Both the position numbers and the translations under genes were made by a program. A stretch of 61,558 nucleotides of DNA, the filler included, from Globobulimina sp. (Eukaryota): assembly GCA_003354225.1 (NCBI GenBank). It is 24 parts of 24 records of this genome, joined end to end, with 100 filler letters (N's around TTAATTAATTAA, not from the genome) between each part and the next. Parts side by side here need not be neighbours in the genome. Positions count along the whole stretch, not along the records: positions 20,561 to 23,029 come from PIVH01006506.1; positions 23,130 to 25,598 come from PIVH01006507.1; positions 25,699 to 28,167 come from PIVH01006508.1; positions 28,268 to 30,736 come from PIVH01006509.1; positions 30,837 to 33,305 come from PIVH01006510.1; 19 more parts are not named here. One strand, given 5' to 3'. Shown in pieces: positions 21,361 to 31,846 of this stretch. A model generated the notes under the pieces. That model was not told where the DNA came from and ran no database searches. It was given only the letters and a program-made list of their open reading frames with translations. Positions within the stretch are counted from its first letter, which is position 1. Every line of letters begins with the position of its first letter.

Positions 21361-22655
21361 AAAAGAAATTCCACCGATCCCACACAACAAAGCGAAGGAA
21401 AAGCATCTCGATGGGTTAATGAACCATTACAAGAACGGCATCCATCCTTAATAGTCCACACCAATCGTCCCTTCAATGCTGAACCAGTGTGTCCATATAC
21501 ATCCCATCAATATACACAAACACAAACAACACAAATAAGTCCAATTCAGCATTACAACACATGTACACACCGAAGGGCTGTCATTACCGTCGTACCCATG
21601 CTCCAGTTCCCTTAATCGACGAAAGTGCCTACCTTTTATCGGTCGAAATTGAGCAGGAAAACGAGACCAACTGTTTACGCCAATTTTCCTTAGCGGATCT
21701 CCGCCAAAAAAGGCAAAAAGAAATCTGTGTCACGATGATGTGTACCGGTAATCGGCGCGGCGAGTTCAACAAATATGGATTCACGGCAGGTCTGCCCTGG
21801 GCCAATGGCAGTATCAGCACCGCCAAATGGAGGGGCTGTTTGGTGGCGGATGTGTTGAACGATGCGGGCGTATTCTATGCGGAAATGGCGGCCAACGGCT
21901 ACAACTTCCTCACCTTTATAGGTTTGGGCGGTTACCGAGTGTCCATCCCATTGCATAAAGGCATGGACCGCAGTTCCAACGGCGACTGTATGTTGGCCTC
22001 GGTCATGAACAACGAGGCCATCCCTCGCGACCATGGGGCTCCATTACGGGTTATTACGCCCGGCTATGTCGGGGCGCGTAGCGTGAAATGGTTGGATAAG
22101 ATCATTGTGATGAAGAAAGCGGTGGAGAGCCTGCACCAAACTGGCATTGCCTACAAACAGTTGGGGCCAAATTATAAGAAATTGTCGCCCAAATTGAAGA
22201 ATATGGTGCGGGAAGCACCGCCCATTGACATCATACCGGTGACGTCGGCCATAACGGCGCCGGATAACGAGAGCGTGGTGGAACTGGTCGGAGGGCGCGG
22301 AGACGGAGAGAGTGAGAGCCAGGAAATGGATATCCGCGGTTATGCGTATTCCGGTGGTGGGAGGGCCATTATTCGCGTGGATGTGAGCATCGATGATGGG
22401 AAGACCTGGAATCAAGCGGAGTTGACCCGGGCCACGAAGCAGCATATTCGGAGTAATAGAGCTTGGGCGTGGTGCCAATGGAGATATGGCATTCAAGTGC
22501 CCCGTGGTAGCAGTGAATTGAATATTTGCTGCAAAGCCATTGATGATCAATATAACCAACAGCCACATCATGCGGAACCGATTTGGAATGTGCGAGGAAT
22601 ATTAAATACATCGTGGGGACGGAGCAATGTCAAAACTATTCGATCGCGTTTATGA
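21361..22655 (+). CDS. SUOX: Sulfite oxidase (Moco and dimerisation domains) with C-terminal PTS1; start codon not resolved
   Basis: RHPSL..PFNAEP, intron 21487-21539, CTGNRR, GLPW, DHGAPLRVITPGYVGARSVKWL, GYAYSGGGR, WNVRG; ends SRL*. Confidence 0.92.
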
Positions 22656-22878
22656 TTGTTAGCATTTCATATTTTTATATTTGAAGCTTTCTTTTTTTAT
22701 TTGTAATTTTACTGATAAACAATGCATGGAAAATTAAGTCCAATTTCTCGAAATTTCAATTACAAAAAAAGTCTGCGGAAAATGTGTGTCCGCCGCATGT
22801 AAATCCACGAAAATGAAGAGTATCAAAAGAAATTGAAACAACAATTTTATTTGACATCGCAGGATAATAATAACTCAG

Positions 22879-22926
22879 TAGGGGTTTCCGATAAGTACTG
22901 ATTTTTTTAAAAACTTGTCAAACAGC
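22879..22926 (+). mobile_element. End of the TAGGGG TIR family also seen at 47726-48559
   Basis: 48 bp matching the reverse complement of 48512-48559 with 3 mismatches. Confidence 0.85.
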
Positions 22927-22940
22927 TTCTAAATTTCCAA

Positions 22941-23029
22941 TAGGCATTTTTGCTTTATCGTAAAAATCTATTTTCTAAGGTAAAAAACTGATATAAAAAC
23001 AGATTTTTACGATAAAGCAAAAATGCCTA
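22941..23029. mobile_element. Palindromic MITE-like element flush with the contig end
   Basis: Perfect 29-bp arms TAGGCATTTTTGCTTTATCGTAAAAATCT at 22941-22969 and 23001-23029. Confidence 0.75.
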
Positions 23030-23129
23030 NNNNNNNNNNNNNNNNNNNNNNNNNNNNNNNNNNNNNNNNNNNNTTAATTAATTAANNNNNNNNNNNNNNN
23101 NNNNNNNNNNNNNNNNNNNNNNNNNNNNN

Positions 23130-23269
23130 CATCCGGTTTTCAGCGTCAGATTTTTATTGTTTCTGAGAAACGAAGGCAAACCTATATTGTTTTTACCTTT
23201 ATCAGTCACCAGAAACGGTTTGCTTATACCTTGCCCCAATAAAAATCTGACTCTGAAGACCGGATGCTC
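23130..23269. mobile_element. MITE-like element at the contig start
   Basis: 30-bp arms 23130-23159 and 23237-23266 with 2 mismatches; the right end reads GGATGCTC|TTA. Confidence 0.7.
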
Positions 23270-23371
23270 TTAAATAATTAATGGAGTCGTGCTCTTTTTT
23301 TTCTGTATTTTAATAGTATTTTCAAGTGAGTAGAAGTGGAACAACCGTTTTTGTAAATACATATTAAAGAG

Positions 23372-24925
23372 ATGACATTTTGCGAAGTCTTTGCCTTTTT
23401 GCCAGAAATATTTGCATCGATAGCGTATGTTTCGATATTGTTTGCGACACCGGTAATTATATCGTATTGTAAATGTAAATCTGTTCTAACCGAAATAACA
23501 TATATTTATCATGGAATTGCTTTGCTTACATTGTGTGTCTTATTATTTGTGTTTATCAGATGTTATATCAATATTTTGTTAAGAACATATCTTAAAAAAC
23601 TTATATTACTGTTACCTTTTGGAACATTGATACTATGTTTTCTAGTGATATTCAATGCAAATTGTATCAAGACAATTGATTTACAGGTTATTACATTTAT
23701 TAATGTAATGTATTGTGCTGTTGCTATCCATTATTTATTACTTGATCAAAAGAATAACATCATACCAACAAATTATTATTTATTTTCCAAATTCTTATCT
23801 ATTTTTGAATGTTTATCAATATTAAGGTAGTTCAATATGATCATATGCAAAAACAAAAAAATGATGGTGCAGTTTCTGACGGAGTAGCAAGTAAATATTC
23901 TGCCAGAAACGCCACCATCAAACCTTTTAAAATACTCTCACGAATCCCGCATGTAACAGATTGTAACTACCTTAAGCTGCATAATGAGTTTTGAAACAAA
24001 TGTTACACATTTAAATATTTATCATTATTTTCCCTTGGCATGGTCAGTAACAATGATATGTGCCATTCCTTTCATGCTTAACTGGATTTATATTCATCTA
24101 TTTATTGATATTTATGTAAAATTACGATATGAGAATAAATTATTTTCATGGATTTTTCATGGAAACAATAGACAACATTCAAATTATTATCAACCAAAAC
24201 AAGTTATCATTAATAGAATATATTACATTATTCATTACGCCTCGCATTATAAATCTTTGTTGTATCAAAATCGGACAATACAATATCATTCAATGGATGC
24301 ATGTTTTTGTATTGATAAAAAAAGAGCAATTCCATTAATTAATAATACCAATAATATTGCAATGAATATGCATCAGTGTGGCCACCGCGGTGATACACAA
24401 TGTTTACAATATTTATTAAAATACATAAAATGCAAAAATTTAGTGGCAAAATCTCATTATATTTCAAAGATAACATCCAAACAATTTAAGTATCGGAGTA
24501 ATTGTAAACGTTTTTTCCAAAGACTTTTATTTTATATTTGTCTCATTCTAAAGTTTATTGCATGTTTATTATTTCCTTTCTTATGGCTTGGATTTCTATT
24601 TTTTAATTATAAACAATTACATACACAGACAATGATAAAATGTTTTATTATTTCTTCCGCGTATGGCTTGTGTGTATGTTGTTGTCTTTGTATTGGATTA
24701 AAAATTTTAGTGATTGAGTATTATTACAATTTTATTACAGATTTTGATAAAAGATATGACATCGATAAGGAAAATGTTATTATGAATCAATTAGATTCAA
24801 TGGAAAAGTCCATTCAATGTTTGAATAGGATTTATTTCCATTTGAAATGTGTATTTAATGACGAGATAAGTGACATAATCATAACTTTCATATTCTGTGG
24901 TTTTGCAAACAAATTCAAGCAATGA
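23372..24925 (+). CDS. Multi-pass membrane protein in three overlapping frames (intron or frameshifts; possible pseudogene)
   Basis: Hydrophobic ORFs 23372-23830, 23809-23994 and 23984-24925 abut with frame changes. Confidence 0.5.
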
Positions 24926-25062
24926 TTTGGCAACGACTCGCTCGCATCAGTTGAAGACACGTTTTTGAAAAGAGACACATGGAAAACACATCAACAATGT
25001 AAATAAAACGCATTCAATAATTAATGAATTCTAGCAACACATTTACAGCAACACTTGATTGA

Positions 25063-25497
25063 TTATGTCATACTATTTCTTATACTATTTTCACTACATT
25101 TTATACAACATTTATAGCAACCAAAATGGCAACAGGCGCATATTTGATAATATATACTTTTGCTAAATTTCATAGATAAATACAAACAAGTGATGATACC
25201 ACACATTCCACACAACCTCGATCCATATACAACAATTCCTAGCAAATCATTTCCTTCCCATCTTTCACTCAACGAACAAACACCAATAACATAAAATATC
25301 TGATTAAACATAACAGCCACGATGCTTAATATCGTATGCCGAGTAATAATCACAATTAGGTTTAACTGATGATCATCAAACTCGATATTCTGCCGAGTAA
25401 TGGCAGTGATTTGAGATAACAATGAATGTGTTGGAGACAACTCATTTGTTGCAGTTGACTCATTATTGGAACTTACTGATGGATCCGGAGAGTGCAT
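25063..25497 (-). CDS. C-terminal two TM helices and Cys-rich tail of a 7TM-like protein
   Basis: IITRHTILSIVAVMF..., CGIITCLYLSMKF..YYQICACCHFGCYKCC. Confidence 0.6.
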   Translation of the reverse strand: MHSPDPSVSSNNESTATNELSPTHSLLSQITAITRQNIEFDDHQLNLIVIITRHTILSIVAVMFNQIFYVIGVCSLSERWEGNDLLGIVVYGSRLCGMCGIITCLYLSMKFSKSIYYQICACCHFGCYKCCIKCSENSIRNSMT

Positions 25498-25873
25498 GGA
25501 AACATTATTTGATGATATCGATATGGATCGTTTCTCGTTACGTCGATATTTATATCTAAATATATAACGAAGAGAAATTCATCATCTTCCGTGTTTTTNN
25601 NNNNNNNNNNNNNNNNNNNNNNNNNNNNNNNNNNNNNNNNNNTTAATTAATTAANNNNNNNNNNNNNNNNNNNNNNNNNNNNNNNNNNNNNNNNNNNNAT
25701 AATTAAATAATTTATTAATGTTACAGCATATGTGTCATATTGATATGAACCTTTTTGTTTTTTTGTATATACAAAATATTAAATCAAATTTTATCCAGAT
25801 GAACAACACCAAAACAAGTATTTATACAAAAGTGTTTCCGAACATGTACAGGTACGTATTTGTTTTGGTGTTG

Positions 25874-27499
25874 CTAATATGGGTCGATGTGCAGTGAAAT
25901 ATAAAACAAAATGAAACCTGAAAGTACATCTTTAACGGACATGTGTGATATCAATACTTTATATCTATTCCTTTGCCCTTTACACGACGCCAAATCCTTC
26001 AATGATGTTAATATTTTATTCGATGCTAATATCGATATTTCGTCATTTTCATTTTCAATGCCAACCAATGTTACTAATAAAGATAAAGCTAACTCTGATA
26101 TTCTAATATCTTTTGAGTCAATTTGTTCTACGATGGTTCGAATTGAATGATTATGTTTAACCAAAGCAGACAACGCATATTCATTCGCATCGATGATTGC
26201 TTTAAATACCCGCAATAGTTCAATATCAAAATTATTATTTGTATATCGTTTATTTTTTCTAGTCGACAACGTTTTTGTTGCTAAGCGGCATAAATGATTT
26301 AAACCCATATTCTCTATAAAATCTTTTAAAAACGCATCGCTCTCATCACGCAAAACCACACTGAATTGCTGCAAAATTGATATATTTATCTTTGAATACG
26401 ACGCAAATTTATTGCTCCAATTTTTGCCCGATTCTTTTTTTTTCTCTATCTGTTTTAAAGCGTGCTGTTGTAACATTTGTATTTTGTGATTTCTATCCAA
26501 CGATAACATTTTGCCCCTTGCACTTTGCGGTATTTTCAAGGTTTTTATCAATTCATTCATTTTTTCATCAATTTCAGTCGAAGCCATATGTTCATAGTAT
26601 TCATCAATATATTCATCATCATTCATACTTTTCTTATGCGGCCGATTATGTTTACTCGACAATGATTGATATAAAATGTCGACTGCAGTATTTTTATGTG
26701 TTTGTGTCTGCATTTTTTGTGATTTTTTACGTTTTTGTTGTTCTAATCTATTTCTTAATGTTTTCGATTGTGTTCGACTACGCGTTGATACGTTTTTGGA
26801 CGCTTCGATTTGTTCAATTAAACATATCCGCCATTGCTCTAATTTCGCATTGCTATCTGTACAAAAAAAATGTTCTTCATACTGATTCATGTCAATATTG
26901 TCTTCTTTTGCTTCATTTAAAACGTTAATTTTGATGGGTTTTCGAATCATAAACGCAAACAATGTCGGTTCTTTACTTTGATATTTTTTATTGTCAAATT
27001 CTTGGTTCGCATTTCTTATTTTCACGCAATTTCGTTGTATTTTTAACATTTCTGAATGCCATTTTTTTTGTAATGAAGGAGAATCACAACGAAATTGATA
27101 CAATTCTCCCTTATCACTTTTCCATTGGATTGCATTATGTTTATCTGTACTTAAAATAAATTTGGATTTACTGATGTCAATGGATTTGATGTTACGTTTA
27201 TTTTCTGCATCGACATAATTTAAATAACCATATTTTACTAAAGCACACCAACGAGAATTCCAATATAATTTCCCTTTTTTATTCATCCATCCTTGAAATA
27301 AAATATTATCACTTCCGTTTAATAAATCTGTTGTGGTTAATAGTTCAATATAATATATTGGATCTTTATGTTGTTCGTGGTCATCTCGTTTAGTATATAT
27401 TCGTATTGCTGAGTCTGACACAATTACAAATCGTCGCATCCATGCTGCACGTGCTGAGGATGACGGTTTATGCCAAATATGGGCAGCGGCTATAGACAT
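25874..27499 (-). CDS. PH-domain protein with a diaphanous-type formin GTPase-binding (GBD/FH3-like) region; 3' part not recovered
   Basis: Two PH signatures (W.RR/W.SRW starts and C-terminal W helices); EIDEKMNELIKTLKIPQSARGKMLSLDRNHKIQML and LQQFSVVLRDESDAFLKDFIENMGL match the GBD pattern. Confidence 0.8.
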   Translation of the reverse strand: MSIAAAHIWHKPSSSARAAWMRRFVIVSDSAIRIYTKRDDHEQHKDPIYYIELLTTTDLLNGSDNILFQGWMNKKGKLYWNSRWCALVKYGYLNYVDAENKRNIKSIDISKSKFILSTDKHNAIQWKSDKGELYQFRCDSPSLQKKWHSEMLKIQRNCVKIRNANQEFDNKKYQSKEPTLFAFMIRKPIKINVLNEAKEDNIDMNQYEEHFFCTDSNAKLEQWRICLIEQIEASKNVSTRSRTQSKTLRNRLEQQKRKKSQKMQTQTHKNTAVDILYQSLSSKHNRPHKKSMNDDEYIDEYYEHMASTEIDEKMNELIKTLKIPQSARGKMLSLDRNHKIQMLQQHALKQIEKKKESGKNWSNKFASYSKINISILQQFSVVLRDESDAFLKDFIENMGLNHLCRLATKTLSTRKNKRYTNNNFDIELLRVFKAIIDANEYALSALVKHNHSIRTIVEQIDSKDIRISELALSLLVTLVGIENENDEISILASNKILTSLKDLASCKGQRNRYKVLISHMSVKDVLSGFILFYISLHIDPY

Positions 27500-27765
27500 G
27501 ATTTACAAAAGATGTTTTTTTTTACCGCTTAAATAAATCTTTTTGTGCACAAGACGATTATTCGGATGGTTGGTGGTTTGTGCAAAAACGTTGCTTTTAG
27601 AATCCTTTACTCTGACTCAAGTTTAATTTAATATTTGTTGTGTGATCAACACATTTCAAGCACAAGTATACATTGAAAAAATGTTCCAGTACACAACAAA
27701 CATACATAAATATATGTTTTTATTCTATCGTTAAATATCGAACATTGTATTTATTTTGCAGATGT

Positions 27766-28167
27766 TTAGTGAATAATATTTATGATTGCTGATGGCGCTA
27801 TACATGGCAAAATGGAGCCATCTGTATCCGAAGCATCACCACTCGACGAAAAATAATAATTTTGACCTTCTTCATCATCACTATTCACTGTTGAACACTG
27901 CATACAATAATCTGTATCACTGTTTTTATTTTCATCTGGCTGACATTCCAATTGCTTATAATCACTCTCATCATTTTTGTTTGTTGCTAAAACATGAATA
28001 TTATTACTGACTATATTTGCGGCTTTAATTACAGAAGTCCGATTTGATAATTTTTTCTTTGTTGATGCTGCAGCTGAAGGAGCTATGCAATATGATGTTG
28101 ACTGATTTGTGGATGATTCATCGTTTGCTTCGCTATCAGTGGATGAAAAATAATAATTTGTCCCTTC
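27766..28167 (-). CDS. C-terminus of an acidic protein with a duplicated EGxNYYFSS...CIAPSA motif
   Basis: Frame is open from the contig end for 133 aa; the motif occurs twice. Confidence 0.6.
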   Translation of the reverse strand, partial: EGTNYYFSSTDSEANDESSTNQSTSYCIAPSAAASTKKKLSNRTSVIKAANIVSNNIHVLATNKNDESDYKQLECQPDENKNSDTDYCMQCSTVNSDDEEGQNYYFSSSGDASDTDGSILPCIAPSAIINIIH

Positions 28168-28346
28168 NNNNNNNNNNNNNNNNNNNNNNNNNNNNNNNNN
28201 NNNNNNNNNNNTTAATTAATTAANNNNNNNNNNNNNNNNNNNNNNNNNNNNNNNNNNNNNNNNNNNNCACTACAAATAAAACAATACAGTATGAAAAATA
28301 CAAGTTGGCAAACAATAAGAAGGAACAAACAGTATACAAGTCAAGT

Positions 28347-30278
28347 TTAATCATTTTCTTTTAATGTTTTTGCATTTTCTTTTTTCCAACCATCAATTAA
28401 ATATTTTAATGCTCGATTTGTTATTAACATTTTATCCTCGCATTTCTCGCGGGTAATAGGCGATGTATTCTTATTAAGAAGCCATTCCTCAATACTCGCT
28501 CTGTTATACGTATGTCCATCGTAAGCAATTACCGGATCATGCATTATCTCAAAAGATATTGGACAGCAAAATTCCGGAGGAACCACCTTTCCATATAATA
28601 CACAATTACTTATTTTCTCTAATTTATTTTTCAATTTCATATGTTCTGCTTCCAATGATTTATATTCTTTATGCATTTTGGTGATTTTCCGTTGATGCGA
28701 ACTATGCACACTCTTTAAACTACAATTATTGTCCTGCAATTCCTGATTTTCACTCTGTACTTCTTCCAATTCACTCTCTAATGTTTTGTGTTTCTTTTTC
28801 ATTCGATTTAATGCTGCTTTTTGTTTCATATTTAACTCGCGAGTGTTATCATATTTCCTTTGTAATTTATTACATTTATTTTCCAAATCATCACGTTCTC
28901 GCTTGGCTGCATTACATTCATTTTCTAATTCATTCAACTCATTTTGCAATGTCTCCTTCCCTGACAATACATCATTTATTTCATCTTCTAACAACGCAAT
29001 ACTTTGCGCTGTCAATGTTATTGATTTAACCTCGCAATTTTTAACATATCCAGGTGGACACTCTGCGGATGAATCATTGCTGTCATACAAGCTTAACAAA
29101 CCAGGCAATGTCACTCTTTTCTCCTCCTCGTAATCATCCATATCATATGCATGTGCATCGGAAACAAGAATCATTGTATTATCATTGCCTAAATACACTG
29201 CTTTAATATATCCATTCGTTTTATCTTCAATCCGCTTATTAATACACGTTGGTTCTTTAATACATGCACTTGAACGTAAACAACAACATTCATTATATTT
29301 ATTGCTACCAAACAATAAATGTTTATTGTCCTCACTCAGCACATAACTATGCCGATAGCCACATTTGATGTCAATGATTAAATATCCACTCTCCTTCAAT
29401 GCTTGTATTACTTGTGGCTGTTTAATATGATATCCCTTATTATCAATACCGCACTGATACACATTATTCCTTCCCCACGACCAGACATTACCGGCATCAT
29501 CGAGTGATAAGTTGTAGTTCCAGCCGCAGGCCATCTGCTTTATTTTAATGCCATTATGCTTAAAATAGGAAATTGTATTCAGTTTTTGATTGACATCCAT
29601 AGATCCTAACTGACCATATATATTATCGCCGGATGCATATAAATTTCCGTTCGATCGAAGATATAATGAATGTCTCCCACCGCAGCTTATATCTACGATT
29701 TGTTTATGATTGAATGTCGATTTTAATCTCCATTTCAAATTACGTTTACATCCATTGGTTGTGTATACATTTCCATTATAATCCATGGCTATGCTACAAC
29801 CAAAACTACAACAGATTTTCTTAACATTCTCTAAGGACTGAATTAATGTGGGCGCAAATTTGTGTTTTCCGTCGGCAATCCCCAGTTCATACTGATCGTT
29901 TTTGCCATTTCCATATACTTTGTTATCGGATGTGACCCAAAAGGTAGACATGCCGGTCACAGTGGTATGTACAGACTTTATTTCTATGTTATTGTCATTG
30001 AAGTAGGTGATATGTTGGGGTTGTTTCACAAATTGGGTTTGTTGATTGATGCCACATTCACCAAAACCGTTTTTACCCATACCCCAGTAATGTCCGTTGG
30101 TGTCATGGATAATTAATCCGCTTTCAGATAAATGGATTTGATTTATATGGATATGCTTATTTGGCTTTGTCCATTCGGTTAATGATGTAATATTTTCGTC
30201 GTGGTTTAATCCCAAACGAAAACCATTGTTGTATCCGATGACTAATGCAATGCCATTTGCATTGGAATTCATTTTCAT
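28347..30278 (-). CDS. RCC1-repeat + coiled-coil + U-box E3 ubiquitin ligase
   Basis: G.N.YGQLG and ISCGGRHSL repeats; PPEFCCPISFEIMHDPV..DGHTYNRASIEEWL..TSPITRE. Confidence 0.93.
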   Translation of the reverse strand: MKMNSNANGIALVIGYNNGFRLGLNHDENITSLTEWTKPNKHIHINQIHLSESGLIIHDTNGHYWGMGKNGFGECGINQQTQFVKQPQHITYFNDNNIEIKSVHTTVTGMSTFWVTSDNKVYGNGKNDQYELGIADGKHKFAPTLIQSLENVKKICCSFGCSIAMDYNGNVYTTNGCKRNLKWRLKSTFNHKQIVDISCGGRHSLYLRSNGNLYASGDNIYGQLGSMDVNQKLNTISYFKHNGIKIKQMACGWNYNLSLDDAGNVWSWGRNNVYQCGIDNKGYHIKQPQVIQALKESGYLIIDIKCGYRHSYVLSEDNKHLLFGSNKYNECCCLRSSACIKEPTCINKRIEDKTNGYIKAVYLGNDNTMILVSDAHAYDMDDYEEEKRVTLPGLLSLYDSNDSSAECPPGYVKNCEVKSITLTAQSIALLEDEINDVLSGKETLQNELNELENECNAAKRERDDLENKCNKLQRKYDNTRELNMKQKAALNRMKKKHKTLESELEEVQSENQELQDNNCSLKSVHSSHQRKITKMHKEYKSLEAEHMKLKNKLEKISNCVLYGKVVPPEFCCPISFEIMHDPVIAYDGHTYNRASIEEWLLNKNTSPITREKCEDKMLITNRALKYLIDGWKKENAKTLKEND

Positions 30279-30418
30279 GGATGTTTGCAGTAGGTACCGA
30301 CTTAATGATTTTCAACCATGAACTGCAGATTCATTTCGGTGTTTTTGTTATTGACTGTGACATTCTATATTAATTAAGTGAAATTACTGAAAAAGTTTTA
30401 GTAAAAGAATCGCGAAGA

Positions 30419-30664
30419 ATGGCTTACGTTTCACCCCAAATGGAAGGTAGAGTTAAAAATCAAAACTCATGGACTTGTCAAAATTGTGCATTCAATGAGA
30501 ATTCTGTCGATTTGGGGCAATGTCAATATTGTGGATTTTTGAGAGCAGCTTTTGATAATGGTATGCCACAGCCCATAATCCAATCAAATGTCCCTGATAT
30601 TCCCGCACAGCCATATCCACCGCAACAATTTACTGATGATTGGTCAGTTGATTTTGAGAGTTAG
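30419..30664 (+). CDS. RanBP2-type zinc-finger protein (first exon or small ORF)
   Basis: WTCQNCAFNEN....QCQYCG. Confidence 0.65.
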   Translation: MAYVSPQMEGRVKNQNSWTCQNCAFNENSVDLGQCQYCGFLRAAFDNGMPQPIIQSNVPDIPAQPYPPQQFTDDWSVDFES

Positions 30665-30836
30665 TTGCGCGAAAGTGAGTATTTAAAATTTATTTTGAAG
30701 ATTAAAAATCAGATTTTGAAGACAAATCGATTGATANNNNNNNNNNNNNNNNNNNNNNNNNNNNNNNNNNNNNNNNNNNNTTAATTAATTAANNNNNNNN
30801 NNNNNNNNNNNNNNNNNNNNNNNNNNNNNNNNNNNN

Positions 30837-31702
30837 CAATTCCTGTTGCAAAGGACGAGAAGAATGCTGTTGTGACAGTCCATAAACAAGAAGAATTTGA
30901 CGCTATTATTGAAAATAAATGGTATCAACAACAACCTGTTATCTTTAGAAAAGGCATTGAAAACAAATGGAACTTATCATCGCTAGAATTGGCCGAATTA
31001 AGTAATATTTTGATGGAGGATACGTTCAAAGTGTCTGATATTCCGTATCAGGATCTTTATAATATGGATAAAGCAGAGGAGCAAAACCTTACCACATTCG
31101 AAGATTTTACTGATAAATATTTTGCTAAATTACAATCTGCAAACTTGGAAGTTATGTGTAATGACTTGAAGAATAAAAAAGAATATGATATTTCATATAT
31201 TTTCGATAATAACGTGTATTGGAAAAATAATAAGTTTGCTGCCAGATTCAATGTAAGTGAGTTGATACCAAAATATATTTATGATTCAATGCAAAGTATG
31301 ATTGATGACTATGATGAGCGGCATATTGATTTGGCAGAAGAGGAGAAAATTAAATTTGATTTGAATGAAATCGTGGAAAGTATCATTATGTTAAAGCAAG
31401 TCGCCATTGGTGGTATTTTCAGCGGCGCACAGCCTCATTTTCATGGTCCTGTATTTAATGCGGTATTGAAAGGACAGAAGGAATGGATAATATTTCCACC
31501 AAATAAATCGTTTCAAATGAAACAGACTGCAGTTCAATTTTTTTGTTATCACTATGGTTTGGACGAAAAAAAGAAGGAGAAATTAACATATTATACTTTT
31601 ACACAAAATGCTGGCGATGTTGTGTTTATACCACATGAATGGTCGCATGCTATCTTAAATACGCAGCCTACGATTGCTGTTGCCCTCGAACTATTTATCT
31701 AA
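30837..31702 (+). CDS. JmjC/cupin oxygenase-like protein (JMJD8-like HxH), 5'-truncated
   Basis: QPVIFR, SGAQPHFHGPVFN..GQKEW..FPP, QNAGDVVFIPHEWSHAILN. Confidence 0.88.
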
Positions 31703-31846
31703 ACTTGACTTTGTATTTTCTATTTTCACAGTGCATTCTTTTCCAATTCGGCAAAAATGCATATTGGGAGATGGTGCTTTTTATAGTTTGCTGGCTGCGA
31801 GAATATGACTGTAAGTAACTGTAACAAACACAAGAAATACAAAAAC

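Noticed and set aside
21361-22655. Nitrate reductase
   Set aside because: No heme or FAD domains follow, the protein ends in SRL, and it retains the sulfite-oxidase Tyr (AYK) and Arg (WNVRG).
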